Shown: positions 1 to 10,311 of the stretch, piece after piece | How the letters are laid out: each line of letters opens with the position of its first letter | How positions within the stretch are numbered: position 1 is the stretch's first letter | From: an uncultured Thermoanaerobaculia bacterium | GTDB lineage: Bacteria; Acidobacteriota; Thermoanaerobaculia; Multivoradales; JAGPDF01 | Length of the DNA stretch: 64,000 bases | Assembly (NCBI GenBank): GCA_964591165.1 | Contig: CAZPZW010000001.1 | Location: 46,569 to 110,568 of the forward strand | Direction of reading: 5' to 3' | The notes under the pieces: generated by a model | What the model saw: only the letters and a program-made list of their open reading frames with translations | Told to the model about the DNA's origin: nothing | Databases searched by the model: none | Made by a program: the position numbers and the translations under genes

Positions 1-1869
1 GTAGAGCTTGCGCCCGGCGACCCGGCGGTCTGGCGTGACCGGTGCGGGCGATCCGCGGCCGGGCGGAGGATCGTGGACTTCCTGGCCACCCTGGGTCGCC
101 CGGCGCTCGCCCGCGAGGTGACCAGCGCGGTCGGCTGTGGCGATTCGGTGATCCGCCGGCTCGTTGCGGTCGGCGTCCTGCGCCGCTTCTCCCAGCCGGA
201 ACGGCTAGGGCTCGACCGGCACTTCCTCGCTGCCGAGGAGTCCGACCGGCCTTCCATCGTGCTGCGCCCCGACCAGTCCAACGCCGTGGAGCAGCTCGGC
301 GCTGCGGTCATCGGGCGCCGTTTCTGTACGTTTCTGCTCCACGGCGTCACCGGCTCGGGCAAGACCGAGGTCTATCTCGCAGCCGCCGAAGCTGCTCTCG
401 CAGCCGGTAGGAGCGCGCTCCTGCTGGTGCCGGAGATCGCACTCGTTCCCGCGCTCGCCAGTCACGCCGCTAGCCGCTTCGGGGATCGGCTCGCGGTGCT
501 GCACTCGGGACTCGGAACTAGCGAGCGGATGCAGGAGTGGGAGCGCATCCGGCGCGGCGAAGCCCGCCTCGTGGTCGGCCCGCGTTCGGCGGTCTTCGCT
601 CCGGTCGAGGACCTGGGGCTGGTCGTCGTAGACGAGGAGCAGGATCTCGCCTACAAGCAGGACACCGCGCCGCGCTACCACGGTCGCGATCTTGCGGTGG
701 TGCGCTGCCGGACAGCGGGCGCGGTCGCGCTGCTCGTTTCGGCAACCCCCAGCCTCGAGGTGCGACGCGGCGTGGCCGATGGACGTATCGTGGCCCTTCG
801 GCTGACCCGTCGCGCCGGCTTCGGCAGCCTGCCAGAGGGGATCCTCGTCGACCTGCGCAACGAGCCGCGGGACCTCAAGATCGGCGAGGTGGTCTTTTCG
901 CGACGCCTCCGCGCGGAGATCGAGCGCGCCCTGGCGGAAGAGGACCAGGTGATCCTGCTGCGCAACCGGCGCGGATACGCGCCCCTGCTGCTCTGCCGCG
1001 CCTGCGGCGAGGATTTCCGTTGCGCGAACTGTGGTCTGCCGCGCACCTACCATCGCCGCGGCGGCCACCTGCTCTGCCACTATTGCGGCTCGGCGTTGCC
1101 TGCGCCGTCGCGTTGCCCCGCCTGCCGTGGGGAGACGCTCGAGGCGATCGGCGCCGGTACCGAGCGGGTGGAGGAGGGGTTGCGCGAGCTCTTCCCCGGC
1201 GTGGAGATCGACGTCCTGGACCGCGACAGCGCACGGCGCAGCGGCGGTCCTGCAGCCATCCTGGAACGCTTCCAGGCCGGTGCCACGCGGATTCTCGTGG
1301 GCACCCAGATGATCTCCAAGGGGCATCATTTCCCGCGGGTCGCCCTGACTGCCGTGCTGTCGGCGGACAGCTACCTGGGGTTCCCGGACTTCCGCGCGGT
1401 CGAAAAGACCTTCGCCCTGCTCACCCAGCTCGGCGGCCGCGCCGGGCGTGGAGATCGACCCGGTCGAGTAGTCATCCAGTCCTACCTCCCCGATCACTAC
1501 GCGATCCGCGCCGCACTCGCCCAGGACGACGCGGGCTTCGTCGAGCAGGAGATGCGCTTCCGCCGGCTCTTCCACTACCCGCCCTTCACTCGCATGGTGC
1601 AGTTGCTGCTGCGTGACCGCCAGCGGGAGCGTGGGATGGCCCGGCTCGACGAGATTGCCGGTCGCCTGCGCGCTCAACCGCGGGCCTCCGAGCTCCGGCT
1701 GACCGGTCCCGCCCCGGCGCCACTCGAGCGCCTGCGCGGGGAGTGGCGCCTGCAGTGCCTCGTCCGGGCCGAGGACGGTGCGATGTTGCGTCGCGCGGTG
1801 CGCGACGCGGTCGGGGATCGCCAGGTCCCCGGGCTGACGATCGATGTCGACCCCTACCAGCTGCTCTGA
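1..1869 (+). CDS. priA: Primosomal protein N' (PriA helicase), 5'-truncated at window edge
   Basis: DEAD/DEEQ helicase motif (VVVDEEQD), Cys4 zinc-binding cluster (CRACG...CANCG...CHYCG...CPAC) and C-terminal helicase domain. The reading frame is open from nt 1, so the N-terminus lies upstream of the window. Confidence 0.9.
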   Translation, partial: VELAPGDPAVWRDRCGRSAAGRRIVDFLATLGRPALAREVTSAVGCGDSVIRRLVAVGVLRRFSQPERLGLDRHFLAAEESDRPSIVLRPDQSNAVEQLGAAVIGRRFCTFLLHGVTGSGKTEVYLAAAEAALAAGRSALLLVPEIALVPALASHAASRFGDRLAVLHSGLGTSERMQEWERIRRGEARLVVGPRSAVFAPVEDLGLVVVDEEQDLAYKQDTAPRYHGRDLAVVRCRTAGAVALLVSATPSLEVRRGVADGRIVALRLTRRAGFGSLPEGILVDLRNEPRDLKIGEVVFSRRLRAEIERALAEEDQVILLRNRRGYAPLLLCRACGEDFRCANCGLPRTYHRRGGHLLCHYCGSALPAPSRCPACRGETLEAIGAGTERVEEGLRELFPGVEIDVLDRDSARRSGGPAAILERFQAGATRILVGTQMISKGHHFPRVALTAVLSADSYLGFPDFRAVEKTFALLTQLGGRAGRGDRPGRVVIQSYLPDHYAIRAALAQDDAGFVEQEMRFRRLFHYPPFTRMVQLLLRDRQRERGMARLDEIAGRLRAQPRASELRLTGPAPAPLERLRGEWRLQCLVRAEDGAMLRRAVRDAVGDRQVPGLTIDVDPYQLL

Positions 1870-1897
1870 TTGACCGGATTCCCGAGCCTCTGCTACC

Positions 1898-2863
1898 TTG
1901 CCGCAGCCCGTGACCACGACCGACGCCACCTTCGAGGAACCGCTCGTCGCGCTCCGCCGCCGGATCGAGGAGCTGGAGGGCTATCCGGAGGCCAGCGGCC
2001 GGCAGGGCGAACTGCGTGCCCTGCGCGATGAGCTGCGGCGCGAGACCGAGCGGGTCTTCGCGGGTCTCACCCGCTGGCAGAAGACTCTGGTCGCCAGGCA
2101 CCAGGATCGTCCCTACACCCTGGACTATGTCCGCTTGCTGACCGAGGACTGGGTCGAGGTCCATGGCGACCGGTCCTTCGCCGACGATCCGGCCATCGTG
2201 GCCGGTTTCGCCCGTTTCCGCGGCCGCTCGGTGGCCGTCATCGGACACCAGAAGGGGCGCGGAACGAAGGAGCGCATCGCGCGCAACTTCGGCCAACCCC
2301 GGCCCGAGGGGTACCGCAAGGCGCTCCGCGTCATGCAACTCGCCGAGCGGTTCGGACGCCCGGTGCTCACGTTCATCGACACCCCGGGCGCTTTTCCGGG
2401 CCTCGACGCGGAGGAACGTGGCCAGGCGGAGGCAATCGCGCGCAATCTCCTCGAAATGGCGCAGCTCAAGGTACCGATCGTCGTCACCATCACCGGAGAG
2501 GGGGGCAGCGGGGGAGCCCTGGCGCTGGGGGTCGGCGACCGCGTCTTCATCCTCGAGTACGCGATCTACTCCGTGATCTCACCCGAAGGCTGCGCTGCGA
2601 TTCTCTGGAAGGACCAGGAGGCCAAGCCCCAGGCCGCTGACGCGATGCGTATCACGGCCCCGGACCTCCTGAAGCTGCGCATCGTCGACGAGGTGATCTC
2701 CGAGCCGCTGGGTGGCGCGCACGTCGATCCCGAGACCACGGCCACGAGGATCGGAGACGCGGTGGAGAAGACCCTGCGCGCGCTCGAGAAGATGTCCGCC
2801 GAAGCCCGCGTCGAAGCGCGCTACCGCCGCTTCCGCTCGCTCGGCGTGGTCGAAGAGCGCTGA
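1898..2863 (+). CDS. accA: Acetyl-CoA carboxylase carboxyltransferase alpha subunit
   Basis: Strong match to AccA over the full 321 aa (FIDTPGAFPG, GEGGSGGALA). Confidence 0.9.
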   Translation: MPQPVTTTDATFEEPLVALRRRIEELEGYPEASGRQGELRALRDELRRETERVFAGLTRWQKTLVARHQDRPYTLDYVRLLTEDWVEVHGDRSFADDPAIVAGFARFRGRSVAVIGHQKGRGTKERIARNFGQPRPEGYRKALRVMQLAERFGRPVLTFIDTPGAFPGLDAEERGQAEAIARNLLEMAQLKVPIVVTITGEGGSGGALALGVGDRVFILEYAIYSVISPEGCAAILWKDQEAKPQAADAMRITAPDLLKLRIVDEVISEPLGGAHVDPETTATRIGDAVEKTLRALEKMSAEARVEARYRRFRSLGVVEER

Positions 2864-2869
2864 GCAGAA

Positions 2870-4555
2870 GTGACCGACGCCTGGATTCCGGCGCCGACTC
2901 CGGCCGCCGTAGAGCAGCGGCTCACGGCGGCGGGGATCTCGCCGCTGCTCGCGCGGCTGCTGGCCCTGCGCGGCGTCGAGGATGCGCCCGCGGCGGTCCG
3001 TTTTCTCGAGCCCGAGCTCGCTCATCTGCACGATCCCATGCGACTGCGCGGCATGGACGCGGCCATCGAGACGCTGCACCGCGTGCAGCAGCGGCAGGGG
3101 GTCGTCGCCGTGGTGGGCGACTACGACGCGGACGGCCTCACCGCGACCGCGCTCCTGGTGGCCGTGTTGCGTTCGGTGGGCTGCGTGGCCCATCCGATCC
3201 TGCCCAACCGGCACGCCGGCGGTTACGGCTTCCAGCCGGAGCACGCGCGCCAAGCTCGCGAGGCGGGCGCCGAGCTCGTGATCACGGTCGATTGCGGTGT
3301 GCAGGGTTTCGCCGCGGCGCGCGAGGCGAGAGCGCTCGGACTCGACCTGATCGTCACCGATCACCACCTGCCCGGTGCGGAGCCGCCGGCGGGGGCGACC
3401 GTGATCAACCCGAACCAGCCGGGATGCACCTATCCGTTTCCGGCCCTGGCCGGCGCCGGTCTCGCCCTGAAACTCGCCGAAGCGCTCTGCCGGCGGTGCG
3501 GCGTCGAAGTCCCGTGGGAGTCGCTCCTCCGGATGGCCAGCTTGGGAACCATCGCCGACGTGGCGCCACTCGTGGGCGAGAATCGAGTTCTGGCGAGCCG
3601 TGGATTGCGCGCCCTCGCCACCACGCCTTCGCCGGGCCTGCGGGCGCTCTTTCGCGAAGCGGGCGTGGTTCCTCCGGTCACCGCGACCGACGTCGGATTC
3701 CGCATCGGGCCGAGACTCAACGCGATCGGCCGGCTCGGCGGCGCCGAGCCGGCGCTCGAGCTGCTGCTGACGCGCGACCCCTCCCGGGCCAGCGAGCTCG
3801 CGGTCCAACTCGGTCGCGCCAACGGAGAACGCCAGGCGCTCGAGCAAGTCGTCCTCGCCGATGGCGCGAAGCGCTTCGCCGGCCAGCCCCACCCCGCCAT
3901 CCTGGTCGCCTGGGATGAACGCTGGCATCGTGGCGTCGTCGGTGTCGCGGCGGGCCGCCTGGCGCGTGAGCTGTCGCGCCCGGTGCTCCTGTTCGCTGTC
4001 GAGGGCGACACGGCGACGGGTTCGGGGCGCAGCGTCGAGGCTTTCGACCTGCATGCTTTTCTCTCCCCCTGGAGCGCACGCCTGCGGCGCTTCGGAGGTC
4101 ATGCCCAGGCGGTCGGATTGTCCGTGGCGACCGCAGAGCTCGCTCGTCTTACCGCGGATTGGCAGGCCGCCGCGACCGCGCTCTGTCCGCAGCCTCCGGC
4201 GAGTCGCCAGCACTACGATGCGGACCTGTCGGCGGAGCGGATCGATCCGGCACTGCTCGCCGACCTCGAGCGCCTCGAACCGCACGGCGCCGGCAACCCG
4301 CAGCCGCTATTCCGCATCGGGCCGCTGATCCGCGACGCCGCTCCGCGAGGATTCGGCAGGGATCACCTCGCGATCTCCGTGCGCGGTCCCGGCAGTCCGC
4401 GGGCCTTCGAGGTGGTGGCCTGGCGGTGGGCGAGCCGGCCAGGGCCGTGGAACGGAGTTTTCGAGATCCTGGGCTGCGTCGAGCGTGATCGCTATCGAGA
4501 TGCGCCGGTGGTGCGCCTGGTCGACGCGCGCGCCGCCGAGCGACGGAACCACTAG
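2870..4555 (+). CDS. recJ: Single-stranded-DNA-specific exonuclease RecJ
   Basis: DHH motifs (VVGDYDADGLTA, DHH) and DHHA1 domain over 561 aa. GTG start. Confidence 0.9.
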   Translation: MTDAWIPAPTPAAVEQRLTAAGISPLLARLLALRGVEDAPAAVRFLEPELAHLHDPMRLRGMDAAIETLHRVQQRQGVVAVVGDYDADGLTATALLVAVLRSVGCVAHPILPNRHAGGYGFQPEHARQAREAGAELVITVDCGVQGFAAAREARALGLDLIVTDHHLPGAEPPAGATVINPNQPGCTYPFPALAGAGLALKLAEALCRRCGVEVPWESLLRMASLGTIADVAPLVGENRVLASRGLRALATTPSPGLRALFREAGVVPPVTATDVGFRIGPRLNAIGRLGGAEPALELLLTRDPSRASELAVQLGRANGERQALEQVVLADGAKRFAGQPHPAILVAWDERWHRGVVGVAAGRLARELSRPVLLFAVEGDTATGSGRSVEAFDLHAFLSPWSARLRRFGGHAQAVGLSVATAELARLTADWQAAATALCPQPPASRQHYDADLSAERIDPALLADLERLEPHGAGNPQPLFRIGPLIRDAAPRGFGRDHLAISVRGPGSPRAFEVVAWRWASRPGPWNGVFEILGCVERDRYRDAPVVRLVDARAAERRNH

Positions 4556-4556
4556 A

Positions 4557-6527
4557 ATGAACGCCATGGGAGCGGCAGCGGCCGAGGGCCGCCTGGCTCG
4601 GTGGCGCAACGTCCTCCTCGCCGTCCTGGGATTGGTGGTCGCGGCGCTCGTCGGGCTCTACTACGTCGGTCGCCAGGCGACTCCGCCCGCCGAGGCCCCG
4701 GCGGGCACCGAGACGTCATCGGCGCGGGTGGACGAGCTCGCCGATACGGTGGCGGCCAGCGACGCCTTCGACTTCACGCAGACCATCGAAGGCCGCCCGG
4801 TCTTCTCGCTCCACGGCGATCGCTTCCAGGCCAATCGCGAGGGCGTCGTGGATCTCGAAGGGGTGCGCCTGCGGCTCTATCGCGAAGGCCAGGAGTACGT
4901 GGTGGCGGCCGAACGGGCGCGCTACGACGGAAACAGCCAGGAGGCCACCCTCACCGGGGGCGTCGACCTGCAGGGAACGGATCGCTTCGCTCTCCGTGCC
5001 CCCCGCCTCCAGATGTTGCGCGGGGGCAAGGTGGTGCGCGCCGACGGACCCGTGGCCTTCCGCCTGGGTGATGCCTGGACCGGCGGGGCGGGCAGCCTCG
5101 AGATCGACGTCGGCACCGATCGGTTCACGCTCTCCGGCGAGGTCTCAGTCGAGGGAACGCCCCGCGCCGGCACCGCCGCGGTCGCTCTGCGGGCACCCCG
5201 CTTGATCCTCGATCGTCCGGGCCGCGTGCTCCGGGCGCCGGACGGGGCCAAGATCGCGCAAGGAGCCAGTTGGCTCGAGAGCCGGGATTGGGAGCTCTTC
5301 CTCGCCGCGGACGGGGAGACGCCGCAGCTCCTGAGGCTCGACCGGGGGGTGGGCGGGTCGCTCGCCGAGGGCGGAGTCGAGGGCGCCGGACGCTCCGAGC
5401 TGCGCGCGACAGATGCCCGCCTCGAGTTCGACATCGCGACGGGGCGACCGGCCCGGTTGATGCTCCTCGGGGCGCCGCGCAGTCCGGCGAGGATGGACAC
5501 GGCGACGGATGCCGGCACTGTCCAGGGGCTGGCCTCGTTGGAGCTCGAGGTGCAGTTCCGCGAAGGCCAGCCGGCATCGCTCGCGAGCTCCAAGACGTCC
5601 TACTTCGCCGAGTACGTCGAGGGGGTCGAGAAGCCGATCCGGTCGGGGCGGGCCGATTCCTTCGCGGCCGACCTGGCCGACGCGGAGCTGATTCGCGTCG
5701 TGCTCACCGGCGGCGTCACCCTCACCGATCCGCAGTTCCGCGGTTGGGGAGAGCGCGCGCTGATCGATCTCGAAACCGGTCGGGCCGAGCTCCTCGGCGA
5801 GCCCGCACGGCTCGAAACCGATCGCGGCGAGCTCGCCGCGCCGCACTTGATCCACTCCCGAGCGACCGGCCTGTTGACCGCCGCGGACGGAGTGCGGGCG
5901 CTGCTGCGCCGCGACGTTGCGGCCGCGCTCTCCGGCATGGGATGGCGCGGCGAACAACCGGTCCAGGTGCAGGCCAAGGAGGGCGTGCTGCAGGAGCGCC
6001 CACGGGGCTTCGTCTTCCGCGGGGACGTACGCGCCTGGCAGGGCAGCGATTTCCTGCTCGCCGACCAGCTACGCGGCCAGGAGGAGGGGCGCGTCCTGAC
6101 CGCGTCGGGCGCCGTCAAGACGATGCTCAGCCCGGATGAGACGGCCGACAAGAGCGCCGCGCAGCCGATCGAAGTGAGCGCGGGCAACCTCACCTACCGC
6201 GAAGCCGAAGGCGAGATCGTGTACGCTGGCGGGGTCCAGGCAGTGCAGTCCGGTCGAGTGCTCTCCTGCGACGAGCTCACCGTCGTCCTGCACTCCGACC
6301 GTCGACTGAAGTCGATGGCCGCTGCAGGTAAGGTACTACTCCGCGAGACCGCGTCCGGCCGTGTCGTGCAAGCGACGCGCGCCGACTACGACCTCGCCGC
6401 CGGCACGATCGACTTCGTCGGCGAACCGGTCACCCTGAACGATCCGCAGGGCGCACGAATGACCGGCCACCGTCTGCGCTACGACCTGGCGACGAGCGCG
6501 GCCAGGATGACGGGGAGCGGAGCGTGA
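4557..6527 (+). CDS. Large membrane-anchored OstA-family protein, apparent LptC-LptA fusion
   Basis: N-terminal TM anchor ([19 protein letters not shown]), then an LptC-like segment and several OstA/LptA-like beta-jellyroll repeats. The C-terminus looks LptA-like ([11 protein letters not shown]...[16 protein letters not shown]...). It sits immediately upstream of lptB with a GTGA overlap, in the conserved lptC-lptA-lptB-rpoN position. ATG at 4557. Confidence 0.6.
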   Translation: MNAMGAAAAEGRLARWRNVLLAVLGLVVAALVGLYYVGRQATPPAEAPAGTETSSARVDELADTVAASDAFDFTQTIEGRPVFSLHGDRFQANREGVVDLEGVRLRLYREGQEYVVAAERARYDGNSQEATLTGGVDLQGTDRFALRAPRLQMLRGGKVVRADGPVAFRLGDAWTGGAGSLEIDVGTDRFTLSGEVSVEGTPRAGTAAVALRAPRLILDRPGRVLRAPDGAKIAQGASWLESRDWELFLAADGETPQLLRLDRGVGGSLAEGGVEGAGRSELRATDARLEFDIATGRPARLMLLGAPRSPARMDTATDAGTVQGLASLELEVQFREGQPASLASSKTSYFAEYVEGVEKPIRSGRADSFAADLADAELIRVVLTGGVTLTDPQFRGWGERALIDLETGRAELLGEPARLETDRGELAAPHLIHSRATGLLTAADGVRALLRRDVAAALSGMGWRGEQPVQVQAKEGVLQERPRGFVFRGDVRAWQGSDFLLADQLRGQEEGRVLTASGAVKTMLSPDETADKSAAQPIEVSAGNLTYREAEGEIVYAGGVQAVQSGRVLSCDELTVVLHSDRRLKSMAAAGKVLLRETASGRVVQATRADYDLAAGTIDFVGEPVTLNDPQGARMTGHRLRYDLATSAARMTGSGA

Positions 6528-7255
6528 GCGGGAACGGGCGCCTGCGGGCCGAGGCGATGCGCAAGGTCTATGGCGGCCGCGCGGTGGTGCACGACGTTTC
6601 GATCGAGGTCTCCCAGGGCGAGGTCGTCGGCCTGCTCGGGCCGAACGGCGCAGGCAAGACAACGACCTTCTACATGGTGGTCGGCCTGACGCCTCCCGAC
6701 GGCGGCCGGGTTCTGCTCGGCGAGGAGGACATCACCGAGCTGCCGATGTACCAGCGGGCGCAGCGGGGGATCGGCTACCTCCCCCAAGAGCCGTCGGTGT
6801 TCCGCAAGCTCTCGGTGGAGGACAACCTGCGGGCGATCTTCGAGACGCTGGACCTCACGCACGCCGAGCAGGAGCGCCGGATCGACCGCTTGATCGAGGA
6901 CTTCCGACTGCTCAAGGTCCGCAAGAGCATGGGGTTCATGCTCTCGGGCGGCGAGCGGCGGCGAGTCGAGATCGCGCGGGCGCTCGTGCTCGGCCCGTCG
7001 TTCATCCTGCTCGACGAGCCCTTCGCGGGCATCGATCCGATCGCGGTCCTCGATATTCAAGGTATCATTCGCCACCTGAAGCAGATGGGAATCGGCATCC
7101 TGATCACCGACCACAACGTACGCGAGACGCTGAAGATCACGGATCGCGCTTATATCATCAACAACGGGGGCATCCTCCGCGCCGGCTCGCCGGCTGAGCT
7201 GTCGACCGACCCCCAAGTGCGCAAGATCTACCTCGGCGAACACTTCCAACTCTGA
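6524..7255 (+). CDS. lptB: LPS export ABC transporter ATP-binding protein LptB
   Basis: Walker A (GPNGAGKTT), ABC signature ([15 protein letters not shown]) and Walker B (ILLDEP). Conserved position upstream of rpoN. Confidence 0.9.
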   Translation: MSGNGRLRAEAMRKVYGGRAVVHDVSIEVSQGEVVGLLGPNGAGKTTTFYMVVGLTPPDGGRVLLGEEDITELPMYQRAQRGIGYLPQEPSVFRKLSVEDNLRAIFETLDLTHAEQERRIDRLIEDFRLLKVRKSMGFMLSGGERRRVEIARALVLGPSFILLDEPFAGIDPIAVLDIQGIIRHLKQMGIGILITDHNVRETLKITDRAYIINNGGILRAGSPAELSTDPQVRKIYLGEHFQL

Positions 7256-7268
7256 CCCGGCAACCCCG

Positions 7269-8738
7269 ATGGCGCTCGAGCAGAAACTCTCCCTGAAACT
7301 CTCCCAGCGGCTGGTGATGACACCGTCGCTGCAGCAGGCGATCAAGCTGCTGCAGATGACCCGTCTCGAGCTCGAGACCGTCGTGGCGCAGGAGCTCGAG
7401 GTCAATCCGGTGCTCGAGGAAGTGGAGGACGCCGAGGACGAGGAGGAGGCACCTCTCCAGGAAACGCCCGCCGAGCCGGCGCCGGAGGAACCGCTGGCGC
7501 CCGAGAAGCCGGATCGTCAGGAGCTGGATCAGGTGGCGCTCGAAGCCTATCTCGACGACTCGTGGAACGACGATGCCGCGAGCTACGGTGACAGCGAGGA
7601 TCGCGAGGCCCCGCCGCTGGAGAACACGCTGACCCGCGAGCCGGACCTCTACGATCACCTGCTCTGGCAGATTCATCTCTCGGACTTCTCGCCGCGCGAA
7701 CGCGAGATCGCCGAGCTGATCGTCGGCAACCTCGATCCGGACGGATTCCTGGTCGCGTCTCTCGAGGAGATCGTCGAGCTGGGTGCGGCCGGCGCGGGCG
7801 AGCCCCTCTCCGGCGAGGAGGTCGCCGCAGTGCTGGATCGGGTGCGCCGTCTCGATCCGCCCGGCATCGCCTGCGAGAGCCTGCAACAGAGCCTCCTCTG
7901 GCAGCTCGATCTGCGTGGCGATCCGCCGGACTCGCTCGCCCGCCGGATCGTCGCCGACCACTGGGACGCCTTCCTACGGCGCCAGTACCAACAGATCGCG
8001 CGTGCGCTCGACATCCCGCTCGTCGAGCTCGAGCCGGTGATCGAGACCATCAAGACGCTGCAGACCCGGCCCGGACGCAAGTTCACCAACGATCGCGCGC
8101 ACTACATCGAGCCCGACGTCCACGTCCTCAAGGTCGGTGACGACTACGTCGTGCAACTCAACGACGACGGTCTGCCCCGGCTCAGAATCTCCCGCGCCTA
8201 CCGACGGATGTTGCAGCAGATGCGCGCGGAAGGGCGGCAGAACGAGGCGCAGCAGTTCATCACCGACAAGATGCGCTCCGCGGTGTGGCTCATCAAGAGT
8301 CTCGACCAGCGACAGCGCACCATCTACAAAGTCGCCACCTCGATCGTGCGGCAGCAGCGCGATTTCCTCGACCAAGGGCTGGACTTTCTCCGCCCCATGG
8401 TGCTGCGCGACGTCGCCGAGGACATCGGGATGCACGAGTCCACGGTCAGCCGGGTCGTCTCCAACAAGTACATGCACACGCCGCGCGGTCTCTTTCCGCT
8501 CAAGTTCTTCTTCCACAGCGGAATCGACCGGGACTACGGCGAGGACATCTCTTCGCTGACGGTGAAGCGCAAGATCAAGCAGCTGATCGAGGGGGAGGAC
8601 CCGCGCCATCCCCTGTCCGACAGCGAGCTGATGCGTATTCTGAATCGCGAGGGGATCCAGATCGCTCGTCGTACCGTGGCGAAGTACCGGGACGAGCTCA
8701 ATCTGCCGTCTTCATCCGATCGCCGGCAGATCTTCTGA
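7269..8738 (+). CDS. rpoN: RNA polymerase sigma-54 factor
   Basis: Region I (LSLKLSQRLVMTPSLQQAIKLLQMT), acidic region II and the C-terminal RpoN box (ARRTVAKYR). Confidence 0.92.
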   Translation: MALEQKLSLKLSQRLVMTPSLQQAIKLLQMTRLELETVVAQELEVNPVLEEVEDAEDEEEAPLQETPAEPAPEEPLAPEKPDRQELDQVALEAYLDDSWNDDAASYGDSEDREAPPLENTLTREPDLYDHLLWQIHLSDFSPREREIAELIVGNLDPDGFLVASLEEIVELGAAGAGEPLSGEEVAAVLDRVRRLDPPGIACESLQQSLLWQLDLRGDPPDSLARRIVADHWDAFLRRQYQQIARALDIPLVELEPVIETIKTLQTRPGRKFTNDRAHYIEPDVHVLKVGDDYVVQLNDDGLPRLRISRAYRRMLQQMRAEGRQNEAQQFITDKMRSAVWLIKSLDQRQRTIYKVATSIVRQQRDFLDQGLDFLRPMVLRDVAEDIGMHESTVSRVVSNKYMHTPRGLFPLKFFFHSGIDRDYGEDISSLTVKRKIKQLIEGEDPRHPLSDSELMRILNREGIQIARRTVAKYRDELNLPSSSDRRQIF

Positions 8739-8752
8739 CAGGGAGGGCAACG

Positions 8753-9301
8753 ATGAACATCGAGTTCGTTGGGCGGCACGTGGCAGTCGAGGAGCGGCAT
8801 CGCAAGGTCGCCGCCGAGAAGCTCGGCAAGCTCGCCAAGTTCCTCGCACCGCCGATCGACGTGCAGGTCGAGCTCGAAGCGGAGAAGCGCCGGGTGACCG
8901 CGGACCTGCACCTGCGCCATCGCCACGGCGAGCTCCACGCCCGCGAGGAGAGCCACGATCTCGCGGAGGCCCTCACCCTGGCGATCGCGGCGCTCGAGAA
9001 GCAGGCGCAGCGATCCCGCAAGCGGGCGGTGGACCGTCGCCGGCGCTCGGCGCGTGCCGGTGTGGACGCCCACTGGCCCCTGGCGGTGGTGGCGGGGGAG
9101 AGCCTGCGCTCCGGCGACTCGCCGCGGATCATCCGGTCCTCGCGCCTCGAGATCAAGCCGATGACGATCGACGAGGCTGCCCTGGCGCTGGAGAGCTCGA
9201 AGCACGAGTTCGTGGTCTTCCTCGACTCGGAGAGCGACCGAGTGAGCGTTCTCTACAAGCGGCGCGACGAGAACTACGGGCTGATCGCACCCGAGTTCTG
9301 A
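8753..9301 (+). CDS. hpf: Ribosome hibernation promoting factor, long form
   Basis: MNIEFVGRHVAV... matches the sigma-54 modulation protein / HPF family. 182 aa with a C-terminal extension. Conserved position after rpoN; RBS GGGAGGG upstream. Confidence 0.85.
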   Translation: MNIEFVGRHVAVEERHRKVAAEKLGKLAKFLAPPIDVQVELEAEKRRVTADLHLRHRHGELHAREESHDLAEALTLAIAALEKQAQRSRKRAVDRRRRSARAGVDAHWPLAVVAGESLRSGDSPRIIRSSRLEIKPMTIDEAALALESSKHEFVVFLDSESDRVSVLYKRRDENYGLIAPEF

Positions 9302-9348
9302 GTCTTGTCGAACGCTCCCCTGCGGGCCGAGGTCGCCGTTCGGAGACC

Positions 9349-10311
9349 ATGACGATGCAACCCAACCGGGTCCTGGTGCGCGAATTGCTGGGCGAGGAGC
9401 TTGCCGATCTCCACCTCACGGTGCTGAGCGGCGAGGAGCAGCTCGACAACGAGATCACGCATCCGCGGGTCCAGAAGCCCGGTCTGGCGTTCGCCGGCTA
9501 CTACGCCTACATCAAGCCGGGCCGGGTGCAGATCATCGGCCAGAGCGAGCTCGAGTACCTGCGCACCGTCGATCCGGAACTGCGCGCCGAGCGCCTGCGC
9601 AGCATCGCGGCCTTGCCGATTCCCGTCGTGGTCTTCACCAAGGGGCTCGTGCCGCCGCCAGAGATGCTCGCCGAGCTGAGGACGCAGCGCGTTCCGGTGC
9701 TGACTTCGCGCGACCTCTCGTCGGTGGTGATCAAGCGGCTGAGCTACTTCCTGGAGGACCATCTCGTCCCCTCGACCCGGGTCCATGGGGTCCTGGTCGA
9801 GGTCTACGGCCTCGGCGTCCTGCTCATCGGCGCGAGCGGGGTCGGCAAGAGCGAGGCGGCTCTCGACCTCATCACCCGCGGCCACAGCCTGGTGGCGGAC
9901 GATCGGGTGGCGATCAAACGCTATCCCGGAGGCGAGCTCATCGGATCGGCGGAGGAGGCGCTCAAGCACCACATGGAGCTGCGCGGGCTCGGTATCATCA
10001 ACGTCAAGGACCTCTTCGGCTTGGCGGCGATCCGCGAGCGCAAGTCGATCGATCTCGTGGTCGAGCTCGAGCCGTGGCGGGAAGGCATGCCCTACGAGCG
10101 TCTGGGACTCGACGAAACGGTCTACGACATCCTCGACACGCCGTGCCCGTACATCCGCATGCCGGTGGCGGTGGGCCGGAACCTCGCCAACCTCGTCGAG
10201 ATCGCGGCGCGCAATCACGTCTTGAAGCTGCAGGGCACCCATTCGGCCAGGGAGTTCGCGCGCAAGCTGGAGGAGCAGATTGAGCGAAGCCGCCAGGGAA
10301 AGCCGCGTTAG
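9349..10311 (+). CDS. hprK: HPr kinase/phosphorylase
   Basis: P-loop GASGVGKSE and HprK C-terminal domain signature (LVADDRV...ELRGLGIINV). Confidence 0.9.
   Translation: MTMQPNRVLVRELLGEELADLHLTVLSGEEQLDNEITHPRVQKPGLAFAGYYAYIKPGRVQIIGQSELEYLRTVDPELRAERLRSIAALPIPVVVFTKGLVPPPEMLAELRTQRVPVLTSRDLSSVVIKRLSYFLEDHLVPSTRVHGVLVEVYGLGVLLIGASGVGKSEAALDLITRGHSLVADDRVAIKRYPGGELIGSAEEALKHHMELRGLGIINVKDLFGLAAIRERKSIDLVVELEPWREGMPYERLGLDETVYDILDTPCPYIRMPVAVGRNLANLVEIAARNHVLKLQGTHSAREFARKLEEQIERSRQGKPR

Noticed and set aside
205-1929. Long antisense ORFs (for example 205-1929 minus, 2579-4285 minus, 19356-21041 minus, 52584-54170 minus, 59681-region alternative frames)
   Set aside because: Typical high-GC shadow ORFs. 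They lie opposite strongly conserved genes (priA, accA/recJ, lptFG, nuoM). Their translations are low-complexity Arg/Ala/Gly/Pro-rich with no motifs.
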